Shown: in pieces, positions 18,978 to 27,621 of the stretch
How the letters are laid out: each line of letters begins with the position of its first letter
Numbering within the stretch: position 1 is the first letter of the stretch
Origin: Candidatus Aenigmatarchaeota archaeon
GTDB taxonomy: Archaea; Aenigmatarchaeota; Aenigmatarchaeia; CG10238-14; SpSt-28
DNA length: 64,000 nt
Direction: 5' to 3'
NCBI GenBank assembly: GCA_038997355.1
Contig: JAWBAC010000001.1
Span: 4,820-68,819 of the forward strand
Notes under the pieces: generated by a model
The model's database searches: none
Told to the model about the DNA's origin: nothing
What the model saw: only the letters and a program-made list of their open reading frames with translations
Position numbers and translations under genes: made by a program

Positions 18978-19103
18978 ATGTACAGATGTATTAATTGCAA
19001 AAGAGTTTATGATAAACTTGAAAGATTAGTTTGCTTAAATTGCGGCGGAAGAATTTTTGAAAAGGTTAGACCACAAAAAATTATAAGAGTTCAAGCAAGA
19101 TGA
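18978..19103 (+). CDS. rpoP: RNA polymerase subunit P (Rpo12), 41 aa, absent from the ORF track
   Basis: Hand translation MYRCINCKRVYDKLERLVCLNCGGRIFEKVRPQKIIRVQAR; conserved position after rpl37ae. Confidence 0.92.
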   Translation: MYRCINCKRVYDKLERLVCLNCGGRIFEKVRPQKIIRVQAR

Positions 19104-20197
19104 TTGTAGCAAAACAAGCATTAACAATTAACGAAAACGAAAGCGTAAAGAATGCAATAAAGTTTATGTTAAAAAATAATGTTAGAGATTTAATAGTTGT
19201 AAACGATAAGAACGAATATAGAGGCATCATAAGGCTAAGAGATTTAATAGCTGAAAAGAATCAAAACGAAAAAATCAAAAAGATTAAAAAAAGAGATTGT
19301 AAAGTTTATGAATTAAATGAACAACAAATTGCTAAAGTCATGCTACAAAACGATTGTTATTTAGCTGCATACTTAGATAAAGACAATAAAGTTCTTGGAA
19401 GCGTAAGCATAGATGATCTATTAGAAATAATTAAAGAAAGGTATGGAAATTTAAAAGTGGAAGAAATAGAATCTCAAAACGTAATAATATTAAACCATAA
19501 CGAAAGCATTTATAAAGCTATTAAAGTAATGGCTGAATATAAAATATCTCACATTCCTATAGTAAAAAATGGAAAACTATACGGAATTGTTTCATCAAAA
19601 GACATTTCAGAATTTTTATTAAAAAATGTAAAAGAGAGAGTAAGTCTTGGCGAGCTAATAGGTAAGAAGTTAAAAATTTTCGAAAATCCAATAGAATCTA
19701 TAGCAACGAAAAAAGTAATTACATATTCTAAAAATGAGAAAATTTCAAATATAATAAAGAAATTTTTATACTATAACATTTCCTGCTTAGTAAAAGAAGA
19801 TCTAAAAGGAATAGTAACCAAAAAAGATTTGTTAAAACTTTTGGTTACTGAAGAAAAATTAGGAATAGATGTTATTGTAAGCGGAATAGAAAATGTTCCA
19901 AGCTATTATAAAGAAAACTTAGATTATTACATTTCTAACTTCTTAAGAATAGCAAAAAAACTTTTTAACTCTGGATTTCTAAAAGTTCATATAGAAAAGC
20001 ATAGAGATATTTACTCGATTCACTTAGTTTTTAGCGATTATAAAAGAACGTATAGAGTTAGTAGAGAAAGAAGAGAGTTTCTAGATGTTTTACAAGAATG
20101 TTTTGATGCATTAAAAGAAAGTGTGCTAGAAGAACATGCAGAAATTTCTAAGAAAATTAGGGCACAAAAAATCTTAGAATATTTAAAAAACTTTTAG
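19100..20197 (+). CDS. Multi-CBS-domain protein with C-terminal HPF-like domain (candidate ribosome hibernation factor)
   Basis: Four CBS-like repeats (GIIRLRDL, GSVSIDDL, GIVSSKDI, GIVTKKDL) plus about 110 C-terminal aa with an HPF-like beta/alpha pattern. Confidence 0.75.
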   Translation: MIVAKQALTINENESVKNAIKFMLKNNVRDLIVVNDKNEYRGIIRLRDLIAEKNQNEKIKKIKKRDCKVYELNEQQIAKVMLQNDCYLAAYLDKDNKVLGSVSIDDLLEIIKERYGNLKVEEIESQNVIILNHNESIYKAIKVMAEYKISHIPIVKNGKLYGIVSSKDISEFLLKNVKERVSLGELIGKKLKIFENPIESIATKKVITYSKNEKISNIIKKFLYYNISCLVKEDLKGIVTKKDLLKLLVTEEKLGIDVIVSGIENVPSYYKENLDYYISNFLRIAKKLFNSGFLKVHIEKHRDIYSIHLVFSDYKRTYRVSRERREFLDVLQECFDALKESVLEEHAEISKKIRAQKILEYLKNF

Positions 20198-20208
20198 AAT
20201 TAATATTT

Positions 20209-20730
20209 ATGAACAAAACGCAAATAACTGTATTGATTGCATTAGTAATCGCAATAATAAGCTTATTACTGGCTCTAATTCAAAAAGAAGAATTTATAGA
20301 TTTTACAAACTTAATTCAAACAATTCCATCTTTATCTACTTATGGTTATTCTAAAGTTGATAAAGTAGAAGTTTCTTTTTCTCCAGCAGCAATAGCATTA
20401 TATGCAAATTGTTATAGATTAATTGGGTATGTTGAAGATGTTCAAGCAAAATCTGTTTATAATGCTTTAAATAAAATAAGGGATTGGAGACCTAATACGC
20501 ATGATGTAACTATAGATATTTTTAAAGAATTCGGAATAAAAATTATTGATGTTAGAATCGAAAATGTAACAAATAATGCGTACATAGCAAAAATTTTTGT
20601 TATGCAAGGTAATAAAATCAGAGAGTTAGATATAAGACCTAGCGATGGAATTGCTTTAGCATTAAGATACGATGCACCAATTTACATAAGAAATGTATTA
20701 TTAGAAACTAATGGAGAAAAAGTTTGTTAA
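20209..20730 (+). CDS. Bifunctional nuclease family (DUF151) protein with N-terminal membrane anchor
   Basis: RPNTHD and DIRPSDGIALALR..APIY motifs; hydrophobic N-terminus. Confidence 0.88.
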   Translation: MNKTQITVLIALVIAIISLLLALIQKEEFIDFTNLIQTIPSLSTYGYSKVDKVEVSFSPAAIALYANCYRLIGYVEDVQAKSVYNALNKIRDWRPNTHDVTIDIFKEFGIKIIDVRIENVTNNAYIAKIFVMQGNKIRELDIRPSDGIALALRYDAPIYIRNVLLETNGEKVC

Positions 20731-21314
20731 AGTTTTGAAACAAACTTGTTTCCTTTTATGTAAAATCTTAAGTTTTCATCTAAATCTCTTTTAACACCAA
20801 TTCTTTTTGATTCAATAATCTCAAAATCTTTGAAGTTAGAATTTGCAACATATAAATAACCTTTTTTGTAAACTTTTGTTCCATTCAAACTTTTATCTAT
20901 CTTTAATGCTTTTGTTAATTTTCCTGGACCATTAGTTAATTCTTTAATATTTTTAACTTTTCTATTCTCTAGCATAAATTCTATACCTTCTATTGGTTCA
21001 ACTGCCCTTATTAAAACAGCTCCAGCTCTGTTTCTTTCATGCGCTACAAAATTTAAAAGCCAGTTTGAATGTACCATATAAATTAAAGCTAGCCCAACAT
21101 CTCCATAAAGCATTTCTACAACATATCTTGGAAAACCTAAATATGCTCTACTTGCCGGATCTTCTTTTCCGTAATAGGCTTCAGTTTCTACTATCATACA
21201 AACTAATTTTTTACCATCTATTTCTCTAACTAAATATTTTCCTAATAAATCTTTAGCAACATCCTTTGCATCTCTTTCAAAAAATTTTTTACTCAATATT
21301 CTCATTTTTTGCAA
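20727..21314 (-). CDS. mpg: 3-methyladenine DNA glycosylase (AAG/Mpg family)
   Basis: IVETEAY.G..DPAS, AVLIRAVEP and LTNGPGKL motifs. Confidence 0.93.
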   Translation of the reverse strand: MQKMRILSKKFFERDAKDVAKDLLGKYLVREIDGKKLVCMIVETEAYYGKEDPASRAYLGFPRYVVEMLYGDVGLALIYMVHSNWLLNFVAHERNRAGAVLIRAVEPIEGIEFMLENRKVKNIKELTNGPGKLTKALKIDKSLNGTKVYKKGYLYVANSNFKDFEIIESKRIGVKRDLDENLRFYIKGNKFVSKL

Positions 21315-21918
21315 AAATTATTACAACATCAATCAACTTTTTCTTTTTCTTGTGAAACCAAAAAGTTTTTGGCAACTCAAACTTTTTTTCTACAAACTTT
21401 AAAACACTAAAATTTCTCTTAGATAAAAAATCTGTAAAAAATTCTTTATTTTTTCCATTGGGATTTATAGAACAAATAAAATTTGAATTTTTAGTTGCAA
21501 AATCTAAAAATTCTAAATCTTTTATTTTTCCTTGAATTCCAAAAGGTGGATTCATAACAATTAAATCAAACTTTTTTCTAAACTTTATTTTTCTAACATC
21601 TGCAATCAAAAAATATATTTTAGATGTTTCAAATTTTTCTTTAATTTTTTCATAGTTTTCCTTAGCTATTCTAATTGCTTCTTTATCTATATCGAATGCG
21701 ACAACGAACTTAGGATTAAAAAAAGAAATTGCTATAGAAAATTTCGCAGTTCCACATGCAGGCTCTAAAACAATTTTATCTTCAACCAAATTCATTAAGT
21801 TTAATTCATTGACTATTTCTGCAATCAAATAGCTAGGAGTTTCATATTGCTCTAATTCTACTTTAGGATTTTCATAAGAACTTAATTCAGATATTATTTG
21901 CTCTATTTTTTTCTTCAT
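21289..21918 (-). CDS. METTL5-like RNA methyltransferase
   Basis: PKVELEQYETP, ACGTA, MNPPFG and FWFHKK motifs. Confidence 0.9.
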   Translation of the reverse strand: MKKKIEQIISELSSYENPKVELEQYETPSYLIAEIVNELNLMNLVEDKIVLEPACGTAKFSIAISFFNPKFVVAFDIDKEAIRIAKENYEKIKEKFETSKIYFLIADVRKIKFRKKFDLIVMNPPFGIQGKIKDLEFLDFATKNSNFICSINPNGKNKEFFTDFLSKRNFSVLKFVEKKFELPKTFWFHKKKKKLIDVVIIFAKNENIE

Positions 21919-22855
21919 AAATTGATTGTTTTATTATCGAATAGTTTAATATTGGAATTTTGTATCTTTCTAAATCATCTGGAAAAATTCTAGGACACGC
22001 AACATTAACTAAAAAATCTACATTAATTCCTTCTAATTTTTCTGGCAAGATTTCATCGAAAGCAAAAATATAAACTTCTTTTCCTAAGCTTTCTAATTCT
22101 TTTTTTACTTTGAAAACATCGAAAAATATTTGACCTTTTTTCCAGCTAACTAATATTCCAACTTTTTTTGCCTCCTTAAACTTTATTAAATTCCATGCAA
22201 TTATTTTTTCATATTTTTTTCTTAGCTCAGAAATATCTTTTATTTCATTTTTTTCTATGTCGATATAAATTATTGGTTTGTCTTTTATTTCTATCAATAA
22301 ACCTAGAGGATAAAAAAATCCTTCAGAAATTATTATTATTGCTTCTGCTTCGCTAACTCTTGCAGCTGAAACATTGCAACCTAGAATTTGACCTTCATAC
22401 TCTAATACTTTTTTCGTATAAACTTTTTTTCCTAAACTTTCTAAAAACTCTTTTAAAATTTTTAAATATTTCACATATTGCAAAGAAGAAACTAAAGCAT
22501 AGCTATTATGAATAAACTTTTCTTTATTTTTTTCTAATAAATCCTTGAAATCTTCTTTTGGTTCAAAAATCCAATGAATATAAAATGTTGGTAAAGAAGT
22601 TTTTACTCCAAAATTTGCATGCCCAATATGAACTATTGCATCGCAACCAAATCTCTTTGCTTCATCGTCTCTAACATCACAAGCTCCATAAGTTGGTTCT
22701 AAAGAAAATATAACTTCAAAACCTTCTTTTTCAAATTCGTTCTTAATCTTTTCTATTTCGCTTTTTAATCCTTCAGCTATTTGTATAAATATCTTTTTGA
22801 AGTTTTGAGATTTCAATTCTCTAAGTATTTCTATCATTTCATTTTTATTTTCCAT
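21887..22855 (-). CDS. dph2: Diphthamide biosynthesis enzyme Dph2
   Basis: YGACD, HIGH, GQILGC and VACPRI motifs. Confidence 0.93.
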   Translation of the reverse strand: MENKNEMIEILRELKSQNFKKIFIQIAEGLKSEIEKIKNEFEKEGFEVIFSLEPTYGACDVRDDEAKRFGCDAIVHIGHANFGVKTSLPTFYIHWIFEPKEDFKDLLEKNKEKFIHNSYALVSSLQYVKYLKILKEFLESLGKKVYTKKVLEYEGQILGCNVSAARVSEAEAIIIISEGFFYPLGLLIEIKDKPIIYIDIEKNEIKDISELRKKYEKIIAWNLIKFKEAKKVGILVSWKKGQIFFDVFKVKKELESLGKEVYIFAFDEILPEKLEGINVDFLVNVACPRIFPDDLERYKIPILNYSIIKQSIYEEKNRANNI

Positions 22856-22958
22856 ACAAATTAAACAATCAAAATTTTTAATAAACTATAGTAAAATCTT
22901 ATTAACATTAATATTAATCGATAAAGTATATATACCATAGTAAGTTATTTATAATTTT

Positions 22959-23693
22959 ATGACCACTAAAAAGGGTGTAAAATTAATATTGGATGTAAAT
23001 TTGTTGGTTGGAGCACTTTATTCAATTACAAAAGATGGAGAAGAGAAAAATGAATTTGAAGAAGGTTTTAATAAAGTAGGATTGTTAAAAGAATTATTCG
23101 AAGAAAAATATGGAGTCCATACAAAAATAATAGTCAGAGAAAGAGATTTAGAAAGAGCATACGAAATTCTAAAAGGAAGTAAAGAATACTCTTCGAAACT
23201 TTCTCAAGAAAAAATTAAAGTTTTGGAAAAGTATCTTTCAAAAAGAAAATTTAGTGGAGATGAGAATGGTTACTCAATTTCTATCAATGGAATAAATATA
23301 TATGTAGTAAGGAGTAATAAAGAAGATAGATACGTAGAAGAGTTATATAAAAAACATCCTGAATACGTAAAAATTGTAGAAGGATTAAAAAAAAATAGGT
23401 ACATAGATGGAGGAGATGTAGATTTAATGAAGTTTGTAATAGCCTTTTCTGCAAAACATAATGGAAAAAATTATTACATCTTATTGACTTTAGATGAACG
23501 AATATTAAAAGAACGTACAAACATTTGTAGAGTATTGAATAAAGAGAATAAGATATTCATTTCAACTCCAGAAAATCTTTTATACTCTTTAAAGATAGAC
23601 AAAGGAGATTATAAAAATTTAGAAGAATCATTAAGATTAAACTCTATAATCTACTTTTTTAACTCCGAAAACAAAAATAAAAAGAATAAATAA
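22959..23693 (+). CDS. Divergent PIN-like domain protein
   Basis: LILDVNLL...DGGDVDL...LLTLDERI acidic-residue pattern. Confidence 0.55.
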   Translation: MTTKKGVKLILDVNLLVGALYSITKDGEEKNEFEEGFNKVGLLKELFEEKYGVHTKIIVRERDLERAYEILKGSKEYSSKLSQEKIKVLEKYLSKRKFSGDENGYSISINGINIYVVRSNKEDRYVEELYKKHPEYVKIVEGLKKNRYIDGGDVDLMKFVIAFSAKHNGKNYYILLTLDERILKERTNICRVLNKENKIFISTPENLLYSLKIDKGDYKNLEESLRLNSIIYFFNSENKNKKNK

Positions 23694-23713
23694 GTAGTAT
23701 TTAATAGAAGTAC

Positions 23714-24604
23714 ATGAGAAAAATTGCATATGATAAACCAATAGATATAAACGAAATAGGAAAATCAACAGCAATCAAAATTTTAAATGATATTCCTGGA
23801 CCAGTTTACGTAGAAGAAAAAGTAGATGGAGAATTACACGATACAATAACTGCCTGTATCGAGAAAAACAAATATCTTCTTATCTGCTTTTTTGGTGAAA
23901 AAATGCTAACTAAAGATGTTCACATACTAACTTATAAAATTCCTGCTAAAAGATTAGTTTTTGATATAGCTATCTTTTCTGAGAATTTAGATAATCCCTA
24001 TTATCTTAAACCAGAAAAAGCCGCTTTACTTACATTTTTAACTGGACAAAAGTTTGTTCCAATAGATAAAAAATTCAACAGCGGAAAAGAAGTTTCGATA
24101 GAAATTTTGGAAGTTCTTCTATATATGAACTCTAATTTCGAAACCTTTATAAATCCAAAACTCTTTGAAAAAAATAAAGAAACATTTAACAAACTTTTTA
24201 ACGAAGCTTATAATAATAGAGAAGGTATTGTAATTAAAGTCTATGAAAAACCAGAAAAGCCAATATTTATAAAATATGTTAGAGACGAGTTTGAAGAAGC
24301 AAAAAGAATATTCCCTAGAGAAAAATATCCATATCCGTATTTTTATTCAGAAAACATTATAACTCCTTACGACTATGAAAAATTTGTAAAGTATTGGAAA
24401 AATATATTTAAAACTTTAGGTATCTATGAAGAAGCTACAAAAATAGCTGAAAAATTGGGAGGCATGAAAAAAATTTACGAACAGTATCTAGAGAATTATA
24501 ACTTAGAAGAAGTGGAAGAAATTTTTTCTAATTTAAATCCTGAAATAAAAAATTTGCTTGACAAAATACTAAATAAGATTTTTAATAAAATAGAAAAATT
24601 ATAA
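23714..24604 (+). CDS. ATP-dependent RNA ligase-like nucleotidyltransferase
   Basis: Motif I EEKVDG, III FFGE, IIIa VFDI, IV EGIVIK, V FIKYV. Confidence 0.75.
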   Translation: MRKIAYDKPIDINEIGKSTAIKILNDIPGPVYVEEKVDGELHDTITACIEKNKYLLICFFGEKMLTKDVHILTYKIPAKRLVFDIAIFSENLDNPYYLKPEKAALLTFLTGQKFVPIDKKFNSGKEVSIEILEVLLYMNSNFETFINPKLFEKNKETFNKLFNEAYNNREGIVIKVYEKPEKPIFIKYVRDEFEEAKRIFPREKYPYPYFYSENIITPYDYEKFVKYWKNIFKTLGIYEEATKIAEKLGGMKKIYEQYLENYNLEEVEEIFSNLNPEIKNLLDKILNKIFNKIEKL

Positions 24605-25276
24605 TTGTTTAAGCTTTCCTATTATTTCGCTTGCAACTTTTTCTGGTTCTTTATTTGCCCAAACTTCTATAAATCTTATTCCTCTTTTTCTTAAATATTC
24701 TTCTACAGGCTTTGATTGTTGATAATAAACTTTTAATCTCTCTCTAACAACTTCTGGCTTATCATCTTCTCTTTGAATTAATGGAGAACCACATTTATCG
24801 CATTTCATATCTTCTTTTGGTAATATAGCTGGTAAATAATAGTGAATTCCATCTATTGTTTTGTCTATAAAGGTAACATTGTAATTTCCATCGCATTTAG
24901 GATTGCTACATATTCTTCTTCCAGAAATTTTCTCTATCAATATTTCGTCATGAATGTTAATTTTTATTACTGCATCTATTTTTGTATAACTTAATAACCA
25001 TTCTGCTTGTTTAACTGTTCGAGGAAAACCATCTAAGATATAATTGTCTTTCTTTTCATCTAAGATTTTCTTAACAACCTCTATAACAATTTCATCAGGA
25101 ACTAATAAACCTTGCTTAACATATGTTTCAACTTTTTTACCTAATTCTGTTTGATTTTTTATTTCGGCTCTAAAGAAATCCCCAGTAGATATTTTTTCTA
25201 TTCCCATTTTTTCTCTTAACATTGCTGAATATGTTCCTTTACCGCTTCCAGGTGGACCAAATATTATTAGCCTCAT
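24599..25276 (-). CDS. adk: Adenylate kinase (bacterial type, Zn LID)
   Basis: GPPGSGKGT, ISTGD, ILDGFPRT, Cys-containing lid and QREDD. Confidence 0.95.
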   Translation of the reverse strand: MRLIIFGPPGSGKGTYSAMLREKMGIEKISTGDFFRAEIKNQTELGKKVETYVKQGLLVPDEIVIEVVKKILDEKKDNYILDGFPRTVKQAEWLLSYTKIDAVIKINIHDEILIEKISGRRICSNPKCDGNYNVTFIDKTIDGIHYYLPAILPKEDMKCDKCGSPLIQREDDKPEVVRERLKVYYQQSKPVEEYLRKRGIRFIEVWANKEPEKVASEIIGKLKQL

Positions 25277-25310
25277 AAATAGTGAAATAAATTATTAATA
25301 AAAATTTTTA

Positions 25311-25880
25311 ATGATAATTTTAGGTGTTTGTGGTTATGCAGCTAGTGGCAAATCAGAAGTTTCTAATTATTTAAAAGAAAAGTATAATTTTGAAGTATTT
25401 GAATTTTCAGATATAATAGAAGAAGAAGCAAAAAAATTAGGATTAATTTCAGAGAATTTAAATCTTGAAGAGAAAAAGAGAAAGTTAAGTGAAGTAGGAA
25501 AAATAATAAGAGAAAAATTTGGTAGAAAAGATATATTTGCAATAAAAATAATTGAAAAAATAAAAGAAAAGAATTTAGAAAAAGTTGTTGTTAGTGGAAT
25601 AAGAAGCTTAGATGAATATTTTGCATTCAAAAACGCTTTTGGAAAAAACTTTTATTTAATTTTTTTAGATGTTGATGCAAAAATAAGATATGAAAGAAGA
25701 AAACTTCAAGATAAGAGTTTTAATTTAAGTTTTGAAGAATTTTTAGAAAGAGATAAAAGAGATGAAAAAGAATTAAACCTTAAAGAATTAAAAGACTTAT
25801 CAGATTTCATTATAGAAAATAATTCTAGCTTAGAAGATTTGTATAAAAAAATCGATTTAATAATTTCTTCTCTAATTTAA
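25311..25880 (+). CDS. UPF0200 / archaeal dephospho-CoA kinase-like P-loop kinase
   Basis: GYAASGKS, SGIRS..E, ERDKRDE and SDFIIENN motifs. Confidence 0.8.
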   Translation: MIILGVCGYAASGKSEVSNYLKEKYNFEVFEFSDIIEEEAKKLGLISENLNLEEKKRKLSEVGKIIREKFGRKDIFAIKIIEKIKEKNLEKVVVSGIRSLDEYFAFKNAFGKNFYLIFLDVDAKIRYERRKLQDKSFNLSFEEFLERDKRDEKELNLKELKDLSDFIIENNSSLEDLYKKIDLIISSLI

Positions 25881-25887
25881 ATTATAG

Positions 25888-25937
25888 ATGAAGACACGAC
25901 GGTCAACTGAAAGATGAAGAAGGGTGTCGAATTCTGA
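25888..25937 (+). ncRNA. Box C/D guide sRNA (D' guide complementary to 23S rRNA GACCGUCGUG)
   Basis: C ATGAAGA, guide CACGACGGTCAA, D' CTGA, AAG, C' ATGAAGA, guide AGGGTGTCGAATT, D CTGA; fills an intergenic gap. Confidence 0.9.
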
Positions 25938-26189
25938 TCACTTATTTTCCTCAGCCTCTAATAACATTTTACAAGCTAATATGTGGCTACATTCTTCTTT
26001 TTTTAACGAAAACCACTTACAATCGCAACTAAATTCATCTTTAATTTTATCGTAAATTACATAATGAATATCTTCATAACCTTTAACTGTAAAATGTATC
26101 CTTAATTCATTTTCAAAATCTTTAGTGACTCTGCCTTCTCTTAACAATCTTCTTGCTTTAATCTTCTTCCAAGCATATCTTATTCCCAT
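25938..26189 (-). CDS. SWIM zinc-finger protein
   Basis: FSCDC...ECSHILA; start moved to MGIRYAW. Confidence 0.8.
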   Translation of the reverse strand: MGIRYAWKKIKARRLLREGRVTKDFENELRIHFTVKGYEDIHYVIYDKIKDEFSCDCKWFSLKKEECSHILACKMLLEAEENK

Positions 26190-26196
26190 AAAAAGA

Positions 26197-26808
26197 TTAT
26201 TCGATTCTCTCAAATTGATATATAACTCTTTTTTTAAACACATCTAAATAAATTTTTTCTAAATACCATTCTCCAGAACCTTTTAAAAATATTAATGTTA
26301 GAGATAAATCCTCTTCTAGGGGTATTGTTGAAGAACATTCAGTATATATAAACAAACTTCTTTTTATAATTCTTGCTATCTCTTCTCTAATTTCTTTTCC
26401 TTCTCTAGCAGTTTTTGATGCACCATATTCTGTGACTATGTCAGCTACTCTATCTCTAAACGGCAACATTCTTGCATCAGCAATAACAAAATCAAAATAT
26501 ACTTCTAATCCCTTTTTTCTAAAATCTTCTGGTAATTTAGGTTCATTATACAAATCTACACCTATATACCAAATATTTCTTCTTTCATTTTTAAACCTAT
26601 AAAAGGTTTGTCTCAAATTTTGCTCAATTGATATTTCATCTCCACAACCAACATCAATCCAAGTTATTTTTTGCTTACTTAAATTATTAGAATATTCAAT
26701 AGCTTTGTCGCTAGCAAGATCATATCTTGCATGATATGATGAAAGTCTTATTTTTCCTTTTGGAAATTCATTAAATTCTGTGGTCATAATTAGTATGAAT
26801 ATACACAC
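26197..26808 (-). CDS. Class I SAM-dependent methyltransferase-like protein
   Basis: WIDVGCG, IGVDL and ADARMLPFRD..ADIV motifs. Confidence 0.75.
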   Translation of the reverse strand: MCIFILIMTTEFNEFPKGKIRLSSYHARYDLASDKAIEYSNNLSKQKITWIDVGCGDEISIEQNLRQTFYRFKNERRNIWYIGVDLYNEPKLPEDFRKKGLEVYFDFVIADARMLPFRDRVADIVTEYGASKTAREGKEIREEIARIIKRSLFIYTECSSTIPLEEDLSLTLIFLKGSGEWYLEKIYLDVFKKRVIYQFERIE

Positions 26809-26852
26809 TTAGGAAATAGTTTTTAAGAGTTACAAACAATGTTAAAAATCGA

Positions 26853-27392
26853 TTAATAATTATCAAATTTTAATCTTAATTTTTCTGAACTCATCGAATC
26901 TTCTTTGAATAGTAATCTAAATAGATAACCTCTTTCCAACATATTTAATTCTTTTTTAATTTCTTTCTTATCTTCATCTACTATTATTTTTAAATATATT
27001 CCTTTCTCTAGAGCAGAATATAAAGGTTTGAAACTTCTTTTTAATTCTTTGTTAAAGTATTCTGCTTCTTCCGGAGAAAGTCTTTCTTCATTTATTATTT
27101 CAGATAAAGATATCAAAGTTTTCGCAGTTTTTTCTATTACTTTATCAACGTCGATATACTTCTTAACACATAATATACCGACATAAAAATTACAATTGTT
27201 TTCCTTACCTACACAATAAATTAGTTTGTTGAAATTTAATTCCGCAAATTCTGACTTATAAACAGCTTCGGATGAATACACTAATTTAACATTTCCAAAT
27301 TTCTCTTTTAATTCCGATGTTAATATCTCTTCTAACTTATTGGAATTATCTAGATTGTATATTTTTTCTGTTAATTCTTTTATATCTATCAT
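26853..27392 (-). CDS. Hypothetical protein
   Basis: 179-aa ORF, no motif recognised. Confidence 0.6.
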   Translation of the reverse strand: MIDIKELTEKIYNLDNSNKLEEILTSELKEKFGNVKLVYSSEAVYKSEFAELNFNKLIYCVGKENNCNFYVGILCVKKYIDVDKVIEKTAKTLISLSEIINEERLSPEEAEYFNKELKRSFKPLYSALEKGIYLKIIVDEDKKEIKKELNMLERGYLFRLLFKEDSMSSEKLRLKFDNY

Positions 27393-27493
27393 AAAGTATT
27401 TTATTTAAAATAAATTTTAAACTAAAAAAGTAAGGGTGTAAATCTTTAGGTTCGGTTGATATAAGGAGAGAAGGATTCGGAAAATTTTCTGAC

Positions 27494-27593
27494 AGCCGGG
27501 GCCGGGATTCGAACCCGGGATCTGCGGGTTTCTATCGATCATTTTTCACAAAACCCTGCAGCCCGCCGCGTGAAGCCACTCCGCCACCCCGGC
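27494..27593 (-). tRNA. tRNA-Cys(GCA), 26-nt intron at 37/38 (27530-27555)
   Basis: GCGGG-CT-GCA-G[intron]A-CCCGC; U73 discriminator. Confidence 0.93.
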
Positions 27594-27621
27594 ATGAATA
27601 AATAATAGATTTCAAAAATAA

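Noticed and set aside
27433..27492. Purine-rich intergenic stretch ending in CTGA with a small imperfect palindrome, as a C/D or H/ACA RNA
   Set aside because: No box C or C' and no convincing hairpin-ACA structure.
26197..27494. Possible integrated element at the 3' end of tRNA-Cys
   Set aside because: No integrase and no direct repeat of the tRNA 3' end found.
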